Source: an uncultured Deinococcaceae bacterium
GTDB lineage: Bacteria; Deinococcota; Deinococci; Deinococcales; Deinococcaceae
Length of the DNA: 64,000 nucleotides
Assembly (NCBI GenBank): GCA_964252075.1
Contig: CAXULY010000012.1
Location: 32,001 to 96,000, forward strand
Direction of reading: 5' to 3'
Below the pieces are notes generated by a model, which ran no database searches, was not told the DNA's origin, and was given only the letters and a program-made list of their open reading frames with translations. The translations under genes were made by a program, and so were the position numbers. Shown here in pieces: positions 34,962 through 45,576 of this stretch (position 1 is its first letter; each line of letters opens with the position of its first letter).

Positions 34962-35735
34962 TCAGTGGCAGGCGGCCAGCCGGGTGGGCTCGCCGTCCGA
35001 CTCCGGGTCGCCCGCCAGCACCGTGCGGTTGCGTCCCGCGCGCTTCGCGGCGTACAGGGCGCCGTCCGCGCGGGCGAGCAGGCGCTCGGCGGTGTCGCCC
35101 GGCACGCGGGCCGTCACGCCGACGCTGGTCGTCACCGCCACCATGCCAAGCTGCAGGCGGCCCTCCAGGTGGTGACGCAGGCGCTCCGCGATGCGCCGCG
35201 CCACCTCGGCGTCCGCGCCGGGCAGCAGCACCACGAACTCCTCGCCGCCCCAGCGGCCCTTCACGTCCTGCCCGCGCAGCGCCTCCTGCAGGGCGCGCGC
35301 GGCCTCCTGCAGCACGTGGTCCCCCATCAGGTGCCCGAAACGGTCGTTGATGCGCTTGAAGTGATCGAGGTCGAGGAGCAGCAGGCCCAGCGGCTCGGCG
35401 GGGTCCGCGCTCAGGGCGCGGTCCAGCGCCTCGTTCAGCCCCCGGCGGTTGGTAAGGCCCGTGAGGCTGTCGGTGCGCGCCTCCCGTTCCGCGCGCAGGC
35501 GCGAGGCGCGCTCGCGCAGCAGCACGAACGCCAGGATCACGAGCGCGGTCATGGCGCTCAGCATCTCCAGGCGGGGCCAGCGCGTCAGGGCCAGGCCCAC
35601 GCCCGCCACCAGCAGGGCCGCCAGGGGCAGCGCCCACGACGGCAGTTCCGCGCGGCGGGCGGGCACGAGGCGGGAGCGGCGCCGTTCGGTCACGCGGCGG
35701 GAGGTCAGGCGGGGGGTCGGCAAAGTGACGGTCAC
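34962..35735 (-). CDS. Membrane-anchored diguanylate cyclase
   Basis: 2 TM, DSLTGL.NRR, DLDHFK.IND.FGH..GD, GGEEF; GGAGG RBS. Confidence 0.92.
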   Translation of the reverse strand: MTVTLPTPRLTSRRVTERRRSRLVPARRAELPSWALPLAALLVAGVGLALTRWPRLEMLSAMTALVILAFVLLRERASRLRAEREARTDSLTGLTNRRGLNEALDRALSADPAEPLGLLLLDLDHFKRINDRFGHLMGDHVLQEAARALQEALRGQDVKGRWGGEEFVVLLPGADAEVARRIAERLRHHLEGRLQLGMVAVTTSVGVTARVPGDTAERLLARADGALYAAKRAGRNRTVLAGDPESDGEPTRLAACH

Positions 35736-35810
35736 GGGCGTCCTCCGAGGGTGATGAACGAATGAGGAACTGACGTGCCGCCAGCTTACAGGGCGGGCGT
35801 TACGCGGGCG

Positions 35811-38657
35811 TTAGGCGCTGTGAAACGCGCGCTGCACGTGATCGCGCAGCGCCACGATGGCCGTCTGGAGGGCCTGACCCGGCGTGAGGGTCACGCCGAG
35901 TTCCCGCCGGCCCTCGGCGTTCGGCAGGAACCGCAGGTCGCGCGCGTGGACCTCTAGCTTCTCCCGCACGTGGTCCGGCAGGGGCTGCCCGCTGTGCGCG
36001 GGGAGTTCCAGCGCGGCGTGCGCAAGGGTGAGGGCCGCCGACGGGTCATCGGCGCGCCGCAGCCAGCTCACCACCTCCTCCAGCACCTGCGCCAGGAACT
36101 CCAGCTTCTCCAGCTGCGCGAAGAGCTGCAGCGCCTCCAGCAGGTGCTCGCGCGCGCCCTGCAGGTCGTTCAGTTCACGCGCCACGATGGCGCAGTTGAA
36201 CATGGTTTTCGCGGTGCCCTGCACGTCGCCCAGCTCGCGCTTGATGAGGAGGCTCTGCCGGTACAGCGCCAGTTCCTCGTGCGGGTCGTCGGACAGCGTG
36301 CCGAGGTTTCCCAGCGCGTACGCCACGCCCTGCCGGTCCCCGCACTGCTCCTTGAGGATCAGGCTGCGCCGGATGTACTCGCGCGCAAGCTCCCGGTTGC
36401 CGGTCTGCGCCTCCAGGATGCCCAGGTCGTTCAGGACGGTGCCCAGGGCGCGCGGTTCTCCCCGCTGCTCGCGCAGGCGCAGGGCCGCCTGCATGTGCTG
36501 GCGCTCGGTGTCACGGTCGCCGTGCGCGCGCGCGATCAGCCCGAGGGCGTGAAGGGCGTCCGCCTCGCCGTCCGGGTCGCCCAGCGCGCGGTGCACCGCG
36601 AGCGCCCCCTGGGCGGAGGCCAGGGCGGCATCCAGCTGCCCGCGCTCGAGCGCCAGGGACGCGCGGGCGGCCAGCGCCCGCCCGAGGGGCGCGCTCGGGG
36701 GCGCCGCCTCGAAGGGCACCAGGAACCGCTCCAGCCACGCGAGGCCCTCGGCGTGATGCCCGCGCACGTACCAGTACCAGTGCAGCGCGCCCGCGAGGCG
36801 CAGGCCCTCCTCCCAGCGCGCGGCGCCCAGCGCGAAGGCCAGCGCCGCGCGCAGATCGTCGTGAATCAGTGCGTGCGCGGCGAGCGCCTGCGCCTGCTCC
36901 GGGCCGTGCAGCTGCGGCGCCGCGGCCTCCGCCCGCGCGAGCAGGTGCTTCAGGTGCCGCGCGGCGCTCGCTTCGCGCGCCGCGGCGTCCAGCTGCGCCC
37001 ACGCCAGTTCCCGCAGGTTCTGGTGCCAGACGTACAGGCCCATCCCGGCGTCCTGCAGCAGCGAGCGCCGCTCCAGTTCCCGCAGGTCCTCGGGCGTGGC
37101 GTCCGCGATGGCGCGCGCGGCGCCTTCACCGAAGGGCGCGCGCAGCACCGCCAGCGCCGCGTAGCGAGCGGCGAGCGTGCGGGGCAGCAGGCGCCACGCG
37201 TGGTCGAAGACGGTGCCCAGCGAGCGGTGCCGTTCGCCGACGTCGCGCAGGCGGCTGGGGAAGGCGTCCGCGTCGCGCTCCAGCGCGCGCGCCAGGCCCT
37301 CCATGTCCATCTCGCCGACCCACGCGGCGGCCAGTTCGACGGCCAGCGGCAGGCCCTCGCAGCGCAGGCACACCCGTTCAATCTCGAAGCGGTGCGCGGG
37401 CGCCTCGAAGCTGGCGTCCGCGCGGCGCGCGCGCTCCACGAACAGCCGCCCGGCGGGACTCGCGAGCGGGTCCTCGCCGGGCAGGGCGGTGTCCAGGCCG
37501 CCCAGGCGCAGCACCGACTCCGCCTGGAAGTCCAGGCGGTGCCGGGAGGTGACGAGCAGGCGCAGGCCGGGCGCCGCGAGCAGCCAGCCGGGCAGGCGCG
37601 CGGCGTCCGCCTGCAGGTGCTCGAAGTTGTCCAGCACCAGCAGGACCTCGCGCTGCGCGAGCGCCTGCGCCAGCTGCTCGTCAGGCTCCTTCTGGCCCTG
37701 CAGCGGCACGTCGAGCGCGGCCAGCACGGTGCGCGCCAGCTGACCGGGGTCGCAGCCGGCGAGCGGCACGAAGTGCGCGCCCCCCTCGAACTGCCCCGCG
37801 AGTTGCGCGGCGGCCTCCGCCGCGAGGCGCGTCTTGCCGCTGCCGCCCGGTCCGCTCAGGGTCAGCCAGCGGCAGTCCGGGTCAGCCAGGCGCGCGCGGA
37901 TGAGGTGCAGTTCCCGGTCGCGGCCAATGAAGGGCGTGAGGACCTGCGGCGCCCCGCGCAGGGTCGGCCGGCCGGGCGGCCGGGCGTGGCGCAGGCGCCG
38001 CGCCTGCGCCTGCAGGGCCGCGCCGGGCTCCAGGCCGAGGGCGGCGTCAAGCGCGCGGCGGTACTGCTCGTAGGCGCTGAGCGCACGGCCCGCGCTGCCC
38101 TGGGCGTCCAGGCAGCGCATCAGGGCGGACACCGCCGCCTCGTGCAGCGGGTCGGCGGCGAGCAGGGCGTTCAGGCTCAGCGCGGCGTCCGCCAGCTGGC
38201 CCCGCGCTTCGAGGGTGGCGGCGGCGCGCGTCAGCGCCTCCACGTACCGCTCGTGCAGGTGCGCGCGCTCCTGCGTGAAGAGCTCGCAGAGCTCGTCGCT
38301 GTCGGGGAGCGGCAGGCCGTCCATGAGCGGCCCGCCGTACAGCGCGGCGGCGTCCGACCAGCGCTGGTCGGCGCAGGCCGCCAGGAAGTCCTGCACGTCG
38401 CTGCCGCCCGTCCAGCTGAGGCGGCCGTTCTCGGCGCTGAGGTGCGGCCCGAGGGGCGTGCGGCGTGTGCGGTGCAGGAGCTGCCGCAGGCGGTTCTGGG
38501 CGCTCGCGGCTTCCGCGTCGGGCCACAGGAGCGCGGCGGCCTGCTCGCGCGCGATGGGACTGGCGCGCAGGGCCAGCGCCGCGCACAGCCACAGGGACAG
38601 GTCGGGAGCCACCGGACCGTCCAGGGCGGCCCCGCCAAGCAGCCGGAGGTGCGTCAC
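35811..38657 (-). CDS. AfsR/SARP-like regulator: wHTH-BTAD, STAND ATPase, TPR repeats
   Basis: LRLLG, LLWP, YGGPL, DPLHE, GPGGSGKT, LVLDNFE, TSR, GLPLA.EL, TPR array. Confidence 0.92.
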   Translation of the reverse strand: MTHLRLLGGAALDGPVAPDLSLWLCAALALRASPIAREQAAALLWPDAEAASAQNRLRQLLHRTRRTPLGPHLSAENGRLSWTGGSDVQDFLAACADQRWSDAAALYGGPLMDGLPLPDSDELCELFTQERAHLHERYVEALTRAAATLEARGQLADAALSLNALLAADPLHEAAVSALMRCLDAQGSAGRALSAYEQYRRALDAALGLEPGAALQAQARRLRHARPPGRPTLRGAPQVLTPFIGRDRELHLIRARLADPDCRWLTLSGPGGSGKTRLAAEAAAQLAGQFEGGAHFVPLAGCDPGQLARTVLAALDVPLQGQKEPDEQLAQALAQREVLLVLDNFEHLQADAARLPGWLLAAPGLRLLVTSRHRLDFQAESVLRLGGLDTALPGEDPLASPAGRLFVERARRADASFEAPAHRFEIERVCLRCEGLPLAVELAAAWVGEMDMEGLARALERDADAFPSRLRDVGERHRSLGTVFDHAWRLLPRTLAARYAALAVLRAPFGEGAARAIADATPEDLRELERRSLLQDAGMGLYVWHQNLRELAWAQLDAAAREASAARHLKHLLARAEAAAPQLHGPEQAQALAAHALIHDDLRAALAFALGAARWEEGLRLAGALHWYWYVRGHHAEGLAWLERFLVPFEAAPPSAPLGRALAARASLALERGQLDAALASAQGALAVHRALGDPDGEADALHALGLIARAHGDRDTERQHMQAALRLREQRGEPRALGTVLNDLGILEAQTGNRELAREYIRRSLILKEQCGDRQGVAYALGNLGTLSDDPHEELALYRQSLLIKRELGDVQGTAKTMFNCAIVARELNDLQGAREHLLEALQLFAQLEKLEFLAQVLEEVVSWLRRADDPSAALTLAHAALELPAHSGQPLPDHVREKLEVHARDLRFLPNAEGRRELGVTLTPGQALQTAIVALRDHVQRAFHSA

Positions 38658-38689
38658 CCTTCCAGTGTAAGAGAAATGTAAAGGGAAAC

Positions 38690-38721
38690 AAAAAAATGCC
38701 GCAGCGCTCCAGGCCTGCGGC
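38690..38721 (-). terminator. Intrinsic terminator of the CRP-family gene
   Basis: minus strand GCCGCAG..CTGCGGC followed by a T7 run. Confidence 0.7.
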
Positions 38722-38739
38722 TGCCCCTGGGGATGGGGT

Positions 38740-39360
38740 TCAGCTGACGCCCGCCAGGGTGCGCAAGTCGCGTTCCCCGGTGAGGGTGATGCAGCGGTAC
38801 GCGGGGCTCAGCAGGCCATCGTCACGCATCTCGCCGATGAGCTTGCTGACGCTCTCGCGCGTGGCGCCCGTGCCTTCCGCGATCAGTTCGTGGGTGGCGC
38901 GCACGAAGCGCTGGCCGTCGGCGTGCGTGCCGCCCAGGCTGGAGTCCGCGAGGTTCAGGAGATAGCGCGCGATGCGCTCCCGCAGTTCGCCGTCCTGAAT
39001 GTGCACGCCGTCGTTCATGACGCGCTGCAGTTGCGCGCTCAGGGAGCGCGTGACCTGCCACAGGTCCTCGCCCGCGAGGTGCTGCGTGTACACCGGGGAG
39101 ATCATGGCGTCGGTGAGCGCCACGACCTGATGGGTGCGGGAGGTGCCGTGCAGCGCTTCTTCCCCGAAGATGTCGCCGGGGCGGATGTGGCGCACGGTGA
39201 GGTTGCGGCCCTGTGGGGTGAGGCGGATGGCGCGCAGCAGGCCGCTCTCCAGACGGTACAGGCTGGTGCTGGCGTCGCCCGTGTAGTAAAGCGTGTCGCC
39301 GCGGCGCAGTGGGCGTCCCTGGTGATCGTGCTGGGTGGTGTTGAGCGGCTGTAGGGTCAT
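38740..39360 (-). CDS. CRP/FNR family regulator, LdrP (TTHB099)-like
   Basis: [54 protein letters not shown]. Confidence 0.9.
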   Translation of the reverse strand: MTLQPLNTTQHDHQGRPLRRGDTLYYTGDASTSLYRLESGLLRAIRLTPQGRNLTVRHIRPGDIFGEEALHGTSRTHQVVALTDAMISPVYTQHLAGEDLWQVTRSLSAQLQRVMNDGVHIQDGELRERIARYLLNLADSSLGGTHADGQRFVRATHELIAEGTGATRESVSKLIGEMRDDGLLSPAYRCITLTGERDLRTLAGVS

Positions 39361-39405
39361 GGCCTGTCTCCTTGAAAGGTTGTGGGGAACCTTTGTTGTG
39401 TTGAA

Positions 39406-39424
39406 GTGTACAAGGATTGTACAC
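39406..39424. promoter_or_regulatory. Operator: two TGTACA 11 bp apart forming a palindrome (CarH/LitR-like)
   Basis: GTGTACAA-GGA-TTGTACAC. Confidence 0.6.
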
Positions 39425-39558
39425 AGACGATGAGGTGCCACCGTTACATTTTGCCCGCGCTGGGTTGAGATGAAGGCCAGCTCAATGCAGTCCGATCGGT
39501 CAGCAGCGTTGGGGAGCCAATGCACGGCTTGTACAAGGTTTGAAACGCCCAGATGCCC

Positions 39559-40446
39559 TCATGAAAAGACATCCAGGCCCACCGACACCGCCAGGGCATG
39601 CGCCTCCACCGTCCGCGCGTGGTCGCGGTTGTACCCGCCCGCCATCACGCTCACCACCGGCACGCCCGCTGCCGCGCACCACCCCAGCACCCGGCGGCTG
39701 CGCCGCGCGATGCCCTCCAGCGTCAGCGCGAACCGCCCGAAGCGGTCCCCCGCCAGCACGTCCACCCCCGCGAGAAAGAACAGCAGGTCCGGCCGGAACG
39801 CCTCCACCGCCGGCATCACCTGCGCCTCCAGCACCGCTAGGTACTCCGCGTCCGTCACGCCGTCCGCGAGGCCCACATCCAGGCTGCTGCGCTCCTTGCG
39901 AAACGGGTAGTTGCGCTCCCCGTGCACACTCAGCGTGAAGGCGCGCGGCTCGCCTCTGAGGAGACTCGCCGTGCCATTGCCCTGATGCACGTCCAGGTCG
40001 AGGACCATCACGCGCCGCGCCTGACCCTCATCAAGGACGTATCGCGTCACGATCGCCACGTCGTTCAGCAGGCAGAAGCCTTCCGCGCGGTCCCGGAAGG
40101 CGTGATGCGTGCCGCCCGCGAGGTTCACGCCCCACCCGCCCGCCAGGGCGTCGCGCGTGGCGGCCAGCGTGCCGCCGCACGCGAGGCGGCAGCGCTCCAC
40201 CACCTCCAGGCTCCACGGCAGCCCGAACACCCGCTCCTCGCTGCGGCTCACCTCCCCGGACCACCAGCGCCGCAAATAATCCTGGTCGTGCACGGCCTCC
40301 GCGAGCGGCCAGGGCAGCGCGGGCGTGTCCGTCACCGCGAACGGGCCGCGCAGGACGTCCGCCACGCCGGCGTACTTGTACAGCGGAAAGCGGTGCCCCT
40401 CGGGCAGCGGGAAGGTGTGGGCCTCGGGGGTATAGGCGCGGCGCAT
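39559..40446 (-). CDS. Histone deacetylase family protein
   Basis: [34 protein letters not shown]. Confidence 0.94.
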   Translation of the reverse strand: MRRAYTPEAHTFPLPEGHRFPLYKYAGVADVLRGPFAVTDTPALPWPLAEAVHDQDYLRRWWSGEVSRSEERVFGLPWSLEVVERCRLACGGTLAATRDALAGGWGVNLAGGTHHAFRDRAEGFCLLNDVAIVTRYVLDEGQARRVMVLDLDVHQGNGTASLLRGEPRAFTLSVHGERNYPFRKERSSLDVGLADGVTDAEYLAVLEAQVMPAVEAFRPDLLFFLAGVDVLAGDRFGRFALTLEGIARRSRRVLGWCAAAGVPVVSVMAGGYNRDHARTVEAHALAVSVGLDVFS

Positions 40447-40508
40447 GACGCGCAGTGTAGGCGCGCCGCCCGCCCGCGTCTGGAGGATTCCCGGCGGTTC
40501 AGCGGCCC

Positions 40509-40829
40509 TCAGCGCATGCGGTCGCGCACTTCCGCGAGGGTCTCCTCGAAGGCGTCGAGGTACGCCGCCTCCAGGTCGGTGTCGCGGATCAGCTCGTTCT
40601 GCTGGTTCACCGCCTGCTCGCGCGCCCAGCGCACGCGCGCACCCCACGCGCGGTACACGTTCCCGCGCCCCGCCACGTACCGCGCCGCGTGCCGCACGGC
40701 CTCCAGCGGGTCGCGGGTGGGCGCCGTCACGGCGAGGTTGCGCAGGTCGCCGCGGTCGTTCACGAGGCTCGCCGTGACCTCCACCCGCCCGCCCTTGTGC
40801 TGCAGGAACACCTGATCCACCCGCCACAT
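40509..40829 (-). CDS. Hypothetical protein
   Basis: Compact ORF with typical codon bias; alternative start at 40880. Confidence 0.7.
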   Translation of the reverse strand: MWRVDQVFLQHKGGRVEVTASLVNDRGDLRNLAVTAPTRDPLEAVRHAARYVAGRGNVYRAWGARVRWAREQAVNQQNELIRDTDLEAAYLDAFEETLAEVRDRMR

Positions 40830-40950
40830 GCTGGTCGCGCGGATGGGCTGGGGGGCGGGGCGGGGCAGGCGGCGGGCCATGCGCGTCAGCTTAACGCAGG
40901 CGCGGCGCGCACGCTGGAAGCGAAGCCACAGCCGCGCCGCCCGGACCCGC

Positions 40951-42015
40951 TCAGGTGGGCGTCCACTCGCGCGGTTCCTCGAAGCCCAGCATCACGCGCC
41001 CCGCGCCCTCCGCGAGGGCCTCCAGTTCCTGCTCGCCGGGCAGCACGATGACGGGCGCGATCCACCCGACGCGCCGCTCGATGCGGTCGATGAGCGCCGA
41101 CCAGCGCGCCACACCGCCCGTGATGGCCACCGCGTCCGGCCGCGCCTCCAGCGCCACCGCGTACGCCCCGATCGCCTTCGCGACCGCGTGCACGAAGGCC
41201 TGCGCGGCGAGCTTCACGTCCATGTCGGTCTTCTCGCGGCGCTCCAGTTCGCGCAGGTCAGCGGTGCCGGTGAGGCCCGTGAAGCCCGAGGCGGTCGTGA
41301 GGCGCTGCTCCAGCTCCGCACGCGTGAGGCCCGAGTACGCGAGGTCCAGCAGCGCCCCCACCGGCAGCAGCCCGGCCCGCTGCGGGCTGAAGGGCTCCTC
41401 GGCCAGCAGGCTGCCGGTCGTGTCGATGGCGCGCGCCCGCGCGAAGGCCGTGACGCTCACGCTCGCGCCCAGGTGCGCCACCACCACGTTCGCCTCCCCG
41501 AAGCGTTTGCCCACCTCGTGCGCCGCGCGGCGCGCCACCGCGCGCGCGTTCAGCACGTGAAAGCGCCCCACGCGGCTCACGCCGGGGTACCCGGTGAGGC
41601 GCGCCTCGGGCAGCAGCTCGTCCACGCTCGGCGGGTCCACCACGAAGGCCGGCACGCCGTAGGCGGAGGCGAGGTCCAGCGCCAGCGCCGGGCCGAGCGC
41701 CGCGCCGGGCGCCGCCAGGGCCGCGCGCGCGAGGTCCGCGCTCACGCGGTACGTGCCCGCCGCGAGGGCCCCGCCGGGCCCGCCCCGGCTCACCACGGCT
41801 TCCGGCACCGGCCAGCCCTGCGCCGCCTCCCGCAGCTCCGCCGCCAGCACGCGCAGGCGCTCCTCCGGCTCGCCGCGCAGGTCCGGGTGGCTCACCTCGC
41901 GGCGCTCCAGGCCCACCCTCAGCCAGCTGCCCTGGCCGGGCTGCTCGCCCGGCTGGATGTCGGCCAACGCCAGTTTCGTGCTGGCCGCTCCCGGGTCGAG
42001 GACGTAGGCGATCAC
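40951..42015 (-). CDS. buk: Butyrate kinase-like protein (ASKHA), divergent
   Basis: DPGAASTKLA, SRGG, VDPPSVDEL, FHVLN, AHLG, FSPQRAG, ITGG, PGEQELEALAEG. Confidence 0.85.
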   Translation of the reverse strand: MIAYVLDPGAASTKLALADIQPGEQPGQGSWLRVGLERREVSHPDLRGEPEERLRVLAAELREAAQGWPVPEAVVSRGGPGGALAAGTYRVSADLARAALAAPGAALGPALALDLASAYGVPAFVVDPPSVDELLPEARLTGYPGVSRVGRFHVLNARAVARRAAHEVGKRFGEANVVVAHLGASVSVTAFARARAIDTTGSLLAEEPFSPQRAGLLPVGALLDLAYSGLTRAELEQRLTTASGFTGLTGTADLRELERREKTDMDVKLAAQAFVHAVAKAIGAYAVALEARPDAVAITGGVARWSALIDRIERRVGWIAPVIVLPGEQELEALAEGAGRVMLGFEEPREWTPT

Positions 42016-42160
42016 GCCGCAAAGCGTAGCAGATGCAGCGCCACGGGGGCCGAACGGCGTGAGAGCGACCTGAGAGCAGGGCCGCCCTCAAGTGCGGTGA
42101 AGGCGCCTGGGGCCGCACTTCAGGGCATTCTCACCGCCCGTGCGTGTACTGATTTTAGTT

Positions 42161-43453
<1,293 letters not shown>

Positions 43454-43478
43454 CCCGCCGGGGCCGCGCGGGGACACC

Positions 43479-44930
43479 GTGACGGCCCCGCCGCCCCTGA
43501 CCCTCGCGCGCCTGCTGGGACACGCCGGCGCCGCGCTGGACGCCCGCACGCCGCCCGAGGTGGCGCGCGCCGAACTGCGCGCGTACCACCTGGCCGCCCT
43601 GCCGGTCACGCGGGGCGGCCAGGTGCTGGGCGTGGTGACGCCCGAGGGCGCGGACGGCGGAGCGGACTTGGAGGGCGCCGTGCAGGCCGCCCCGCTGCTC
43701 GACCCCCAGGATGACGTGGCGGCGGCGCGGGCGGCCCTGGACGGCTTCCCGGCGGTGCTGGTGCGCGCCCACCCCCCCGGCGCGCTCTCCCCCGCCGACC
43801 TGCAGCCCAGCGTGCGGCCGGACCTCGCCCGGACCGTCTGGGCGGCCCTGCGGCCCGACGACGCGGACCTGCTGCGCACCCTCGCGCGGCTCGCGGGTCC
43901 TGCCGCGCGCGTGGCGCTGGTGGGGGGCGCGGTGCGCGACGCGCTGCTCGGCGCGCAACCCATCGACCTCGATGTGGTTGTGACGGGCGCGGACGTGGTG
44001 GCCCTCGCGCGCGCGAGCGGCCTGCCGCACGTGTGGCACGCGCGCTACATGAACGCCACCTTGAAACGCCCGGACGGGCGCGGCGTGGACCTCGTGAGCG
44101 CGCGCGCCGAGGCGTATCCGCAGCCCGGAGGGCCGCCGGAGCCGCGGCGCGGCACGCTCGCGCAGGACCTGCTGCGCCGCGATTTCGCCGTGAACGCCCT
44201 GGCCCTCGTGGTGGGCGAGGTGGGCCTGCACGACCCCGCGGGCGGCCTGGAGGAGGTGTTCGCGCGCACCCTGCGGCCCCTGCACGCGGGCAGCTTCCAC
44301 GACGACGCCAGCCGCCTGGTGCGCGCCGCGCGCCTCGCGGCGCGCCTGAACTTCACGGCGCACCCGGACCTGCTCGCGCAGGTGCCGCAGGCGCTCGCCG
44401 TCGCGGACGTCACCCCGCGCCTGTGGGCGGAACTGCGCCTCGCGCTGGACGAACCCCGGCCGGGCCGGGTGCTCGCCCTGCTGGAGGCCTGGGGGGCGGG
44501 CGCGCTGCTGCCGGGCGGCGCGGCGCGCCTGCTGCCCCTCGACGCGCAGCGAGACGCGGGCGCGCCGGTGCCCGAGGGCGTGTACGCCGCCCTGCTGGTG
44601 GACGGCGCGCCAGACCCCGCCGCCCGCCTGGGACTCGGGGAGGCACCAGCGGGCCTCCTGCAGCGCGCGCGCAGCGCCCGCCCGTACCCACCCGCTTCCC
44701 TGGAAGGGCAGGTGCGCGCCGCGCTGGGCCTCCCGCCCGGACCGCTGCTGCGCGGCGAGGACCTGCTGGCGCTGGGCGTGCCGCGCGGCCCGCAGGTGGG
44801 GCGACTGCTCGCGCGCCTGGACGCCCTCAGGCCCAGCTCGCGCGAGGCGGCGGTGCGCGCCGTACTATCCTGGCTGGCGGACGCGCAGGGCGACACCGGA
44901 CCCGGCGGGCCGGGCACGCCCGACACGTAG
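43479..44930 (+). CDS. Class II tRNA nucleotidyltransferase with degenerate N-terminal CBS pair
   Basis: [45 protein letters not shown]. Confidence 0.88.
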   Translation: MTAPPPLTLARLLGHAGAALDARTPPEVARAELRAYHLAALPVTRGGQVLGVVTPEGADGGADLEGAVQAAPLLDPQDDVAAARAALDGFPAVLVRAHPPGALSPADLQPSVRPDLARTVWAALRPDDADLLRTLARLAGPAARVALVGGAVRDALLGAQPIDLDVVVTGADVVALARASGLPHVWHARYMNATLKRPDGRGVDLVSARAEAYPQPGGPPEPRRGTLAQDLLRRDFAVNALALVVGEVGLHDPAGGLEEVFARTLRPLHAGSFHDDASRLVRAARLAARLNFTAHPDLLAQVPQALAVADVTPRLWAELRLALDEPRPGRVLALLEAWGAGALLPGGAARLLPLDAQRDAGAPVPEGVYAALLVDGAPDPAARLGLGEAPAGLLQRARSARPYPPASLEGQVRAALGLPPGPLLRGEDLLALGVPRGPQVGRLLARLDALRPSSREAAVRAVLSWLADAQGDTGPGGPGTPDT

Positions 44931-44946
44931 AGAGGCAGGACCTTCC

Positions 44947-45576
44947 TTGTTCGGACCCATCAGCGTGATCGCCCAGGACCCGATCATCTTCGTGGTGCTG
45001 GTCGGGTTTTTCCTCGCGGGTCTGGTGCTGCACGGCGTGCTGCAGGCCCGGCTCGCCGCGCGTCTGGGGGACACGCAGGGCGTCCGCGCGGGGTTCGGGA
45101 CGCCGGAACCGTCCGTGCACCTGGGTCTGTGGGGCGTCGCGCTGTACCTGCTGCTCGGCTGCGGCCTGCCGCGCCCCGTGCCGCTGCACCTCACGGGCCG
45201 CCCCGCGCTGGGCGTGCAGCTGTCCGGTCCGCTGCTGCTGCTCGCGTGGGCGCTGCTGCTGCTGCTCCTCCAGCACATCCAGGTGGCCTTCGCCACGGGC
45301 CTGGACGTGGTGGGGCGCGGGCTGGAACTCGCGGCGCGCGCCAGCGTGCTGCACGCCATCTTCTTCCTGCTGCCGCTCCCCACCCTGGACGGTTACCGGG
45401 CGCTGTGGGCGGTCGGGTCGCGCGGCGTGCGGCGCGTGCTGGCGCACGGTCAGCTCGCGGGGCTGCTGCTCACGTACATCGCGTGGCTGGTGCTGAGCAT
45501 CAGCGGGGTGTTCGCGTGGGTGCAGTTGCCCGTCATGAACGCCCTGAAGTCCCTGTACGCCCTGCTGCCCTTCTAG
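44947..45576 (+). CDS. Site-2 protease (M50)-like membrane protein, catalytic motif degenerate
   Basis: [20 protein letters not shown]; no HExxH. Confidence 0.65.
   Translation: MFGPISVIAQDPIIFVVLVGFFLAGLVLHGVLQARLAARLGDTQGVRAGFGTPEPSVHLGLWGVALYLLLGCGLPRPVPLHLTGRPALGVQLSGPLLLLAWALLLLLLQHIQVAFATGLDVVGRGLELAARASVLHAIFFLLPLPTLDGYRALWAVGSRGVRRVLAHGQLAGLLLTYIAWLVLSISGVFAWVQLPVMNALKSLYALLPF

Noticed and set aside
35811..38657. Avs-type antiphage STAND
   Set aside because: N-terminus is wHTH-BTAD, with no nuclease, SIR2 or TIR effector and no defence-island context
38740..39360. ddrI
   Set aside because: Motifs fit the LdrP/TTHB099 branch better than the DdrI sequence I recall
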